Below are positions 15,685 through 22,943 of a stretch of 27,096 nucleotides of DNA, piece after piece (positions within the stretch are counted from its first letter, which is position 1; each line of letters begins with the position of its first letter). The notes below the pieces were generated by a model that had not been told where the DNA came from, did not search any database, and saw only the letters and a list, made by a program, of their open reading frames with translations. The stretch comes from a virus (taxonomy: Duplodnaviria; Caudoviricetes), in the IMG/VR virus record IMGVR_UViG_3300011102_000556, positions 1 through 27,096 of that record. One strand, written 5' to 3'. A program made the translations under genes and the position numbers.

Positions 15685-15694
15685 ACACCGAACC

Positions 15695-16279
15695 ATGCCC
15701 GACGACCGCACCGACGACCAGAACACCGGCCGCCCCGACGACGACACCCGCCCCGACGACGACGCGCCCGGCACCGACCGCGCCGACGACCAGGGCGGCG
15801 ACGGCGACGGCGGCGACGGCGGTACGGACTGGAAGCGCGAGGCGCGCAAGTGGGAGCGGCTGGCCAAGGCCAACGCCGACAAGGCGCGCCGGCTCGACGA
15901 GATCGAGGCCGCCAACAAGACCGAGGCCGAACGGCTCGCCGCCGAGCGCGACCAGTACGCCGAGCGCGCCCGCAAGGCGACCGAGCGCGCCGTCAGGGCC
16001 GAGGTGCGCGCCGTCGCCTCGACGCTGCGTTTCCGCGACCCCGCCGACGCGCTGCGGCTGGTCGACGTCGACGAGCTCGTCGACGACGACGGCGAGGTCG
16101 ACGAGGACGCCGTCAAGACGGCCCTGCGCAAGATCGCCAAGGACAAGCCGTACCTGATCGCCGACGATGCGCCCGCCCGGTCGGGCGGCGACATGTCCGG
16201 CGGGGGCGGCAAGGGCAGCGACCCGGCGTCGATGTCGGTCGAGGACTTCCGTAAGGCGCGCCGTAAGCGGCGCGAGTAG
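15695..16279 (+). CDS. Capsid scaffolding protein, 194 aa
   Basis: Acidic N-terminus, DWKREARKWE..AKAN coiled coil, FRDPADA, KPYL; immediately precedes the major capsid gene. Confidence 0.88.
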   Translation: MPDDRTDDQNTGRPDDDTRPDDDAPGTDRADDQGGDGDGGDGGTDWKREARKWERLAKANADKARRLDEIEAANKTEAERLAAERDQYAERARKATERAVRAEVRAVASTLRFRDPADALRLVDVDELVDDDGEVDEDAVKTALRKIAKDKPYLIADDAPARSGGDMSGGGGKGSDPASMSVEDFRKARRKRRE

Positions 16280-16293
16280 AGGAGACACCTACC

Positions 16294-17208
16294 GTGGCCA
16301 ACACGTTCATCACGCCCGACGTCGTCGCGCGCGCCGCGCTGGCGACCCTGTACGAGACGACCGTCATGGCGTCGCTCGTGCATCGGGACTACGAAGAGGA
16401 GTTCGTCCCGAAGGTCGGCGCGACCGTCGAGGTTCGTAAGCCGGCCGTGTTCACCGCGAACGAGTTCTCTCGGCCGGCCGGGATCACGATCCAGGACGCC
16501 ACCGAGAACACGGTTCCGGTGACCCTGAACCACTTCGCCGACGTCAGTTTCGCCGTGACCAGCGAGGATCTGACGCTGAGCATCGACAACTTCACCGAGC
16601 GGCTGCTCAACCCCGCGATGGAGGCCATCGCGCAGAAGATCGACCGCGACATCCTCGCACTGCGCGACGACGTCACGGCCGAGGTCGGCGTCGTGGCCGG
16701 CGACAACGAATACGCGTGGGACGACCCGCGCGTACTGATCGACGCCGGCCGCGTGCTGAACATGGCCAAGGTGCCGCCGACCGAGCGGCGCGCCGTCGTC
16801 GGCCCGATCACCGCGGCGAAGTACCTCGGCGACCCGCTGTTCCACGAGGCCGACAAGAGCGGCAGCACCGAAGGTCTGATGGAGGCGAGTCTCGGAAGCC
16901 GCAAGTTCGGGTTCGACCCGTACATGACGCAGAACATCGTCAAGCCCGCCCAGACCAGCGGCAACAGCACGACCGAGGTCGGCGTCGCGTTCCACCGTAC
17001 GGCGTTCGCGCTGGTCATGCGTCCGCTCGAGCTTCCGCGGGGCGCGCAGAATGCCGCCATCGCCAACTACCGCGGGTTCGGGCTGCGCGTGGTCTACGAC
17101 TACGACATCAAGCAGAAGCAGGACATCGTGTCGATCGACTGCCTGTACGGCTGCAAGACGCTCGACCCGAACCGGGCAGTCCTGATCAAGGGCGCCGACG
17201 TCGCCTGA
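16294..17208 (+). CDS. Major capsid protein (P22 coat-like, HK97 fold), 304 aa
   Basis: MANTFITPDVVARAAL, VHRDYEEEF..KVGATV..RKP, AFHRTAFALVMRPL, SIDCLYGCKTL; SD AGGAG; highly biased codons. Confidence 0.93.
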   Translation: MANTFITPDVVARAALATLYETTVMASLVHRDYEEEFVPKVGATVEVRKPAVFTANEFSRPAGITIQDATENTVPVTLNHFADVSFAVTSEDLTLSIDNFTERLLNPAMEAIAQKIDRDILALRDDVTAEVGVVAGDNEYAWDDPRVLIDAGRVLNMAKVPPTERRAVVGPITAAKYLGDPLFHEADKSGSTEGLMEASLGSRKFGFDPYMTQNIVKPAQTSGNSTTEVGVAFHRTAFALVMRPLELPRGAQNAAIANYRGFGLRVVYDYDIKQKQDIVSIDCLYGCKTLDPNRAVLIKGADVA

Positions 17209-17213
17209 TCCTG

Positions 17214-17486
17214 ATGTACCGGTACCGGAACACCAACACGGGGCAGGTGGTCGAGTACGCGCAACGATCGGTGCGGCTCGACCACCTGCCGAACTGGTCG
17301 CTCATCGACGAGCCGGGCGCCCCGGCGGGCGGCGTCGACCAGGCACCCATCGTCGTCGAGCGTCCGGCGCGGCGGGCGCCGGTCGCCGCGTGGCGCGCCT
17401 ACGCGGTCGCGCTCGGCGCCGACGCCGACCAGGTCGAGCGCATGACCAAAGCCGAGCTCATCGACCGCTACGGGGGCGACCAGTGA
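17214..17486 (+). CDS. Small head-associated protein, 90 aa
   Basis: Follows the MCP; C-terminal WRAYAVALG...MTKAELIDRYG helical motif. Confidence 0.72.
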   Translation: MYRYRNTNTGQVVEYAQRSVRLDHLPNWSLIDEPGAPAGGVDQAPIVVERPARRAPVAAWRAYAVALGADADQVERMTKAELIDRYGGDQ

Positions 17487-17887
17487 CGCCGGTCTACGCG
17501 ACGCCCGAGGATCTCGCCGAGTGGCTACCTGGCGCGCCGACCGGGACGGTCGCCGAGCGGCTGCTCGAGCGCGCATCGCGGGACGTCTACCAGGCCACCA
17601 AGACGGCGTTCTATGAGGCCGACGAGTCGGGCATGCCGACCGACCCCGGCATCCTCGACGCGCTGCGCACAGCCACGCTCGAGCAGGCCGCATGGCGGCT
17701 CGCCCGGGGCGACGCCGGCGGCGCCGGCGCATGGGACCAGGTCGCCATCGGGTCGGCGCGGCTCGCCCGGCGCGCGGGCGCGACCGCGCCGGGCGAGCGT
17801 GCTGCCGGCGGCGGCACGCTGGGCGCCGACGCCCTGTCGGTACTCCAGTCGGCCGGCCTGGTCGGTACCGGCCCGATCATCTGCTGA
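17483..17887 (+). CDS. Head-to-tail adaptor, 134 aa
   Basis: VYATPEDL...LLERASRDV...LRTATLEQA; position; GTGA overlap. Confidence 0.82.
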   Translation: MTPVYATPEDLAEWLPGAPTGTVAERLLERASRDVYQATKTAFYEADESGMPTDPGILDALRTATLEQAAWRLARGDAGGAGAWDQVAIGSARLARRAGATAPGERAAGGGTLGADALSVLQSAGLVGTGPIIC

Positions 17888-17889
17888 CC

Positions 17890-18231
17890 ATGTCCGTTGA
17901 CATCCTGGCCGTGCTCGAGCAGATCGCCGGCCGCCCGCTGCCGGCCGTCGTCGTCGAGCCGTACGCCGGCCGGTCGGCGTACGGCGACGCCTACGGCGCG
18001 CCGGTCGAGGTCCGGGCATGGGTCGACCAGGCGAGCCGGCTCGTGCGCGCTGCGGACGGCTCGCAGGTGGTCAGCAGCACGACCGTTTACACGCGGCTCG
18101 ACGCGGTCGACGCGCCGCCGCGGTCGCGCGTCACGCTGCCGGACGGGCGGCGCACGCTCGTGATCGCCTCGTATCGGCGGGACGGGCACGGCATACCCGT
18201 GCCTGAGCATCTCGAGATCGTCTGCGAGTAG
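17890..18231 (+). CDS. Head-to-tail stopper, 113 aa
   Basis: EPYAGRSAYGDAYG, RLVRAADGSQVVSSTTVY, SRVTLPDG, HLEI. Confidence 0.8.
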   Translation: MSVDILAVLEQIAGRPLPAVVVEPYAGRSAYGDAYGAPVEVRAWVDQASRLVRAADGSQVVSSTTVYTRLDAVDAPPRSRVTLPDGRRTLVIASYRRDGHGIPVPEHLEIVCE

Positions 18232-18241
18232 AGGGGGCGCG

Positions 18242-18592
18242 ATGCCGCCGGTCCGGTTCCGGCTCGAGTGGCGCGGCGGGCTCGTCGAGCGGGTCGAGGC
18301 CGACGCCGCCGAGCGCGGCGTACGGCTCGCCGCCGAGCATCTGCTCGGCGAATCCCGCAAGCTGGTGCCGCTCGAGGAAGGCACGTTGGAGCGGTCGGGC
18401 ACGGTCAGCACGGACGGCATGACCGCGGCAGTCTCCTACGACACGCCGTATGCGGTCTACCAGCATGAGCGGCTCGACCTGCGGCACGACCCCGGGCGAC
18501 AGGCGAAATACCTCGAGCAGCCGTACAACACCGAGCGCGGGACGATGACCGAAATCGTCGCCGCGCAGATCCGGCGCGCTCTCCGGGAGTAA
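18242..18592 (+). CDS. HK97 gp10-like neck / minor virion protein, 116 aa
   Basis: VPLEEGTLERSG, VSYDTPYAVYQHE, QAKYLEQP. Confidence 0.82.
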   Translation: MPPVRFRLEWRGGLVERVEADAAERGVRLAAEHLLGESRKLVPLEEGTLERSGTVSTDGMTAAVSYDTPYAVYQHERLDLRHDPGRQAKYLEQPYNTERGTMTEIVAAQIRRALRE

Positions 18593-18596
18593 TCGC

Positions 18597-19049
18597 GTGG
18601 CCTGGTCGTCTGATCTGCTCGCCGGAATCGCCGAGCTGCTCGCCGACCGCGGCGTCGGCGCGTGGCGCCCGGACGGCACCGCCTACGCGCCCGACGAGAC
18701 GGCGATCGTGGTCGGCACCATGCCGCCCGGCCCCGACCGGGTGATCTGTCTCAACTGGTATCCGGTCGAGCTGCTCGACGGGCACGGCGACGTCACGGTC
18801 GGCGTACAGGTGCGCACCCGCGCGGGCACCGACCCGCGCGACGTCTCGGACCTATCCGACGCCGTATACGACGTGCTCGACGGGCTCGCCGGGATCCAGC
18901 TCGGCGGCGTATGGGTGTCGCAGATCTACCGGCGGTCCGGCGAAGAGATCAGCGCGGCGGCAGGCGTCGACACGCAGGCCGACCGGCATGAACGCGTGGA
19001 TAACTACTACATTCAGGCGTTCCGCCCCTCACAGAATCGCGAACCCTAG
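18597..19049 (+). CDS. Tail terminator, 150 aa
   Basis: Located just before the major tail gene; MPPGPDRVICL..Y, VQVRTRAG.DP, ERVDNYY. Confidence 0.8.
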   Translation: MAWSSDLLAGIAELLADRGVGAWRPDGTAYAPDETAIVVGTMPPGPDRVICLNWYPVELLDGHGDVTVGVQVRTRAGTDPRDVSDLSDAVYDVLDGLAGIQLGGVWVSQIYRRSGEEISAAAGVDTQADRHERVDNYYIQAFRPSQNREP

Positions 19050-19064
19050 GCGAGGGGGTAATCT

Positions 19065-19784
19065 GTGGCGTACATCTCCGATTTGGCGCGGGAATACCGC
19101 GTGCAACTCAATCTCAGCACGGAGAGCGTGCCGGATTGGCAAACCGTGCTCGGCATGGTCAGTTTTCAGCCGAGCGTCGAGCCGAACATCGAGGATGATT
19201 CGGACTACGAATCAGGCGGGTGGAACGGCAACACGAAGACCGCTCAGGGCTGGTCGGCTGAGCTGGTCATCTCCCACAAATACGACCCCGACACGGGGTT
19301 GTATCACCCGACTCACACGGCGCTCGAGGCCGCGGCCGAGGCGTTCGGCGCCGCGAGCCGCGTACACGTGCGCTATTTCCGCCGGTCCGGTCGCGGGTCT
19401 GGCCGCGAGGGGTACGCCCTGGTGACCTGGGCGCCCGAAGGTGGGGAACACACCGCCCTCGACCGCGTGACGGTCACGCTGACCGGTGACGGCGAGCTCA
19501 AGACCATTCCCAACCCGGTCAACGCTTCGCCGGCGCCGATTGTGGCGAGCGTGTCGCCGTCGAGCGGCGCGCAGGCGGGCGGCGACCTGGTCGTGATCAG
19601 CGGCGCCCATTTCGAGGGCGCGACCGCCGTCACGTTCGGCGGCAACGCCGCGACCGACTTCCAGGTGATCAACGCGACGAGCATCGCCGCCGTGACCCCG
19701 GCGGGCACGGCCGGCCCCGCCGACGTCGCCGTGACTACTCCGAACGGCGTCGGCACCGGGACCGGCGCCTACACCTACGTCTGA
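19065..19784 (+). CDS. Major tail (tube) protein with C-terminal IPT/TIG Ig-like domain, 239 aa
   Basis: Tube motif EDDSDYESGGW...KTAQGW; C-terminal PIVASVSPSSG...GGDLVVISGAHF...VTFGG...SIAAVTPA...V.VTTPNG...AYTY is an IPT/TIG pattern. Confidence 0.9.
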   Translation: MAYISDLAREYRVQLNLSTESVPDWQTVLGMVSFQPSVEPNIEDDSDYESGGWNGNTKTAQGWSAELVISHKYDPDTGLYHPTHTALEAAAEAFGAASRVHVRYFRRSGRGSGREGYALVTWAPEGGEHTALDRVTVTLTGDGELKTIPNPVNASPAPIVASVSPSSGAQAGGDLVVISGAHFEGATAVTFGGNAATDFQVINATSIAAVTPAGTAGPADVAVTTPNGVGTGTGAYTYV

Positions 19785-19801
19785 TCTAGGGGGAACCCCT
19801 C

Positions 19802-20299
19802 GTGCCTACCTTCAAGGCGCTCGACGGCGCGCTCGACGGCGAGGCTCTCGAGCTACCCATACCCAGCGGCAAGCACCCCGGCGGGCGGGTCTACCGGATT
19901 CCGGACCCGCCCGCCGACCTCGGCGCCCGCGTCGCCCGGCTCGTGACGAGCGCCATCGCCGCCTACCAGACCGGCGAAGCGCCCGACGTCGAGATCCTCG
20001 ACGACAACGACGAACGTGACATCGTCGAGCGGCTGCTCGGGCCGGCGTATGAGGAGATGCGCGCCGATGGTGTGCGCTGGTCGTACATCCGGCACGCCGG
20101 CGTTACCGCGATGTTCTGGGTTGCGGTCGGCGAGGATGCCGCCCGCGAGTACTGGGAGTCCGCCGGGCGGGGGGAAGCCCGTCCGGCGGGGGGCAACCGG
20201 GCCTCCCGCCGGGCATCCGCGGCGGCGGCGCGTACGACCCAGCGACGGGCCTCTGGGAGTACTACGAAGGCGTCCCGGCGCAGGCGCAAGGCGAGGTGA
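19802..20299 (+). CDS. Tail assembly chaperone (gpG-like, unshifted product), 165 aa
   Basis: Between major tail and tape measure genes; LLGPAYEEMRADGV, AAREYWES; slippery site at 20170-20176. Confidence 0.85.
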   Translation: MPTFKALDGALDGEALELPIPSGKHPGGRVYRIPDPPADLGARVARLVTSAIAAYQTGEAPDVEILDDNDERDIVERLLGPAYEEMRADGVRWSYIRHAGVTAMFWVAVGEDAAREYWESAGRGEARPAGGNRASRRASAAAARTTQRRASGSTTKASRRRRKAR

Positions 20300-20511
20300 C
20301 TTGGGCCGACCTGCTCGGCCGATGGGATCTCGTCGAGGCCGACCTACACGACGTCTATGGGGTTGACGTCGAGTCGGGCATTCTCCGTGAACGTTCGTGG
20401 CGGTGGCTGCGGACGCGCATTCTCGGCCTGCTGAACGCCGATACCCGCACATGGCGGCATTTCCGGCCGCCGGATGACGACGAAAAGCAGGTGCGCGCCG
20501 CTAGGGGGTGA
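20173..20511 (+). CDS. Tail assembly chaperone -1 frameshift extension (gpT-like)
   Basis: The -1 frame from G GGG GAA is open from 20173 through ORF 20296..20511 (WDLVEADLHDVYGVD...SWRWLRTRILGLL). Confidence 0.82.
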   Translation, partial: GSPSGGGQPGLPPGIRGGGAYDPATGLWEYYEGVPAQAQGEVTWADLLGRWDLVEADLHDVYGVDVESGILRERSWRWLRTRILGLLNADTRTWRHFRPPDDDEKQVRAARG

Positions 20512-20513
20512 TC

Positions 20514-22583
20514 GTGGCCCTCAAGCTCGGCGAGCTCGTCGCCATCATCAGCGCGGATGACAGCAAGTTCCGCAAGACGCTCGGTAGCGTCAAGGCTGGA
20601 CTTGATCGTGTCGCCAAGTTCGCAGGATTCACCGCGCTTGCAGGGTCCGCGACTACCTTTGCGGCGGCGGTCGCCCCGGCTATCGGCGCGGTCGCCGCCG
20701 CGCCGGCCGTATTCGCCGCCGCAAAGGTGGCGTCACTCGGCCTGCAAATGGCACTCGAGGGCGTGTCCGACACGCTCGGGCATGCGCTCGTTGGCGACAC
20801 CGAGAAGTTCAACGAGGCACTTGCTGAGCTGCCGCCGCATGCGCGTGCTGTCGTGTCCGAGCTCGGCGTCGCGTTCAGTGGGCTGCAAGAGCGCACGCAG
20901 AATGCGTTCTTCGGGCCGATGCGTGCGCAGGCGCGCGGGCTCGGTGCCGACCTACGCGGTCCGATCCATGCAGGTATGGCACAGGTCGGCGATGCGCTCG
21001 GCCGTATCGGCGCAAGCCTGATAGGGGTCGCCCGCGAAGGCCGTTCGCTCCGGTTCATCGGCGACCTGTTCAACTGGACTGCGGGGGCGATCGACGGAAT
21101 CGGAGCGGGCATCCCACCATTGGTGCGTGGCCTGCGTGACCTGGCTGGCGTCGGGCTCGAGTTTGTCGACCGCAGCGCTGCCAGCCTCGGCGGGCTAATG
21201 GCCCGGTTTGGCCGATGGCTGTCGGAGGCTGCGCGTAGCGGGCAGGCGTACTCGTGGCTCGAGAATGCCGCCGCTACGTTGACGCAGCTCGGCCGTATTG
21301 CGAGTAATCTCGGCACGGCGCTCGGTGAGATCTTCGGAGCGGCCGGGGCGGGCGCCGGCGATCTGCTCGGCTCGCTCGAGCGGATCACGGCAGCATTCGC
21401 GCAATGGACGCAGTCTGCCGAGGGACAGCAGGCACTCGGGAATTTCTTCAGCACGCTCAACCAGACGGCCGCCGATTTGTCCGTCGTGCTGCCCGTGCTC
21501 GGCGGGGCGCTCGGCCTGGTCGCCGACATCATCGGCAGCATGCCGCCCGAGGTCCGCGGCGTCGTCACGCAGATGCTCGCCTGGTCGCTGGTGACTGGGC
21601 TCGTCGTTGGGCGGCTCGGTCCGCTGGTCGGCGGCATCGGCCGAGCGGCCGGCGCGGTCGGCAAGTTCGGCGGCGTGCTCGGCAAGGCGGGCGGGCCGCT
21701 GCGCACGTTCGGCGGACACCTGGCCAATGTCGGCGCGGGCGCCGGGCGCATGGCTGCCGCCGTGGCGACCAGCGCCGGACGGGTTGCCGCATCGTGGGCG
21801 ACGATGGCGGCTCGCGCGCTCATGCACGCCGCCCGCATGGCGGCGTCATGGGTTATTGCGATGGGTCCCGTTGGGTGGGCTGTCGCGGCTGTTGTCGGTG
21901 CGGTCGCGCTGATCATCGCCAATTGGGACAAAGTCAGCCGTTTTTTCACCAAGACGCTACCCGCCGCGATTCGCCGAGGGCTCGAATGGGCCGTCGGATT
22001 CGTCGGCCGGGCATGGGACAGCATCACGCAGGCCGCAGGCCGTGGCGTGTCTCGCACCACCCAATTCGTACAGGATATACCGGGCCGGATTCTGCGCGCG
22101 ACCGGAAATTTCGGGCGTCTGCTCTATAGCGCCGGCCGCGACCTCCTGGTCGGTCTGTGGAACGGCATGGTCAGCGCGTCGCAGTGGCTCTATAACGCGA
22201 TAATGAACCTGGTCCGGAGGATCATTCCCGGTCCGGTTCGCCGAGTACTCGGCATCGCGTCGCCGAGCAAGCTTTTCGCTGAATACGGGCGGAATCTTGC
22301 CGAGGGCATGGCGCTCGGTATGGACCGGTCGGCCGGCCTGGTCGCCGGCGCCGCCGCCCGGCTCGCCGACACCGCCGCCACTGGGGCGCGACTGCCCGTT
22401 GCTGCTGCGGCGGGCGCGGCCGGCGCCGCCGCCCCGGCCGTCGCGAGCGCCGCCGCCGCTTGCCCGGCCGATGTACGGGTCTCGCTTGACGTGACCGGTA
22501 CCGACCGCGACCTCGTCAACTGGCTGCGCAAGGTCGTGCGTGTGCAAGGCGGCGGGAATGTGCAAGTCGCTTTCGGTAGGTGA
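20514..22583 (+). CDS. Tape measure protein, about 689 aa
   Basis: MALKLGELVA start after SD AGGGGGTG; Ala/Gly-rich helical sequence, IIANWDKV, LGIASPSKLF, C-terminal LRKVVRVQGGGNVQVAFG. Confidence 0.92.
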   Translation: MALKLGELVAIISADDSKFRKTLGSVKAGLDRVAKFAGFTALAGSATTFAAAVAPAIGAVAAAPAVFAAAKVASLGLQMALEGVSDTLGHALVGDTEKFNEALAELPPHARAVVSELGVAFSGLQERTQNAFFGPMRAQARGLGADLRGPIHAGMAQVGDALGRIGASLIGVAREGRSLRFIGDLFNWTAGAIDGIGAGIPPLVRGLRDLAGVGLEFVDRSAASLGGLMARFGRWLSEAARSGQAYSWLENAAATLTQLGRIASNLGTALGEIFGAAGAGAGDLLGSLERITAAFAQWTQSAEGQQALGNFFSTLNQTAADLSVVLPVLGGALGLVADIIGSMPPEVRGVVTQMLAWSLVTGLVVGRLGPLVGGIGRAAGAVGKFGGVLGKAGGPLRTFGGHLANVGAGAGRMAAAVATSAGRVAASWATMAARALMHAARMAASWVIAMGPVGWAVAAVVGAVALIIANWDKVSRFFTKTLPAAIRRGLEWAVGFVGRAWDSITQAAGRGVSRTTQFVQDIPGRILRATGNFGRLLYSAGRDLLVGLWNGMVSASQWLYNAIMNLVRRIIPGPVRRVLGIASPSKLFAEYGRNLAEGMALGMDRSAGLVAGAAARLADTAATGARLPVAAAAGAAGAAAPAVASAAAACPADVRVSLDVTGTDRDLVNWLRKVVRVQGGGNVQVAFGR

Positions 22584-22589
22584 GGACTG

Positions 22590-22943
22590 ATGCCGCTTTC
22601 TGTCGCTGCGCGCGACCTCATGCTCGACGAGCTCGCCGACGCCGCCCTGTATGTATCCCTGCATAGCGCTGATCCCGGCGCCGGCGGAGGAAACGAGCTC
22701 ACCGGCGGGTCGCCCACCTACGCGCGCCAGTCGGCCGTTTGGGGGCCGGCATCCGGTGGCGTGCTCACGCTCGCCGCCGACGCGACTTTCGACGTTCCGG
22801 CCGGCGCGTCGGTCGCCTATTTCGGCATCTGGTCGGCCGCGAGCGGCGGCACATTCTACGGGTCGGGCTCGCTGCCCGTCGAGACATTCACCGGGCAGGG
22901 GCAATACGTGCTGCGCGCCGGGACCTCGATCACGCTCACGTAA
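22590..22943 (+). CDS. Small tail/fibre-associated virion protein, 117 aa
   Basis: YVSLHSADPG...NELTGG..YARQ...W, YFGIWSAASGGTF is a motif typical of tail-fibre-associated proteins; SD GAGGA. Confidence 0.75.
   Translation: MPLSVAARDLMLDELADAALYVSLHSADPGAGGGNELTGGSPTYARQSAVWGPASGGVLTLAADATFDVPAGASVAYFGIWSAASGGTFYGSGSLPVETFTGQGQYVLRAGTSITLT

Noticed and set aside
14843-15694. Long N-terminal extension of the scaffold ORF (478 aa in the track)
   Set aside because: Off-frame overlap with the minor capsid gene; SD and composition indicate a start at 15695.
15418-16995. 525-aa minus-strand ORF, and similar long antisense ORFs such as 20501..22060, 8755..9900 and 4209..5231
   Set aside because: Shadow ORFs opposite clear phage genes; stop codons are scarce in high-GC DNA and the translations have no motifs.
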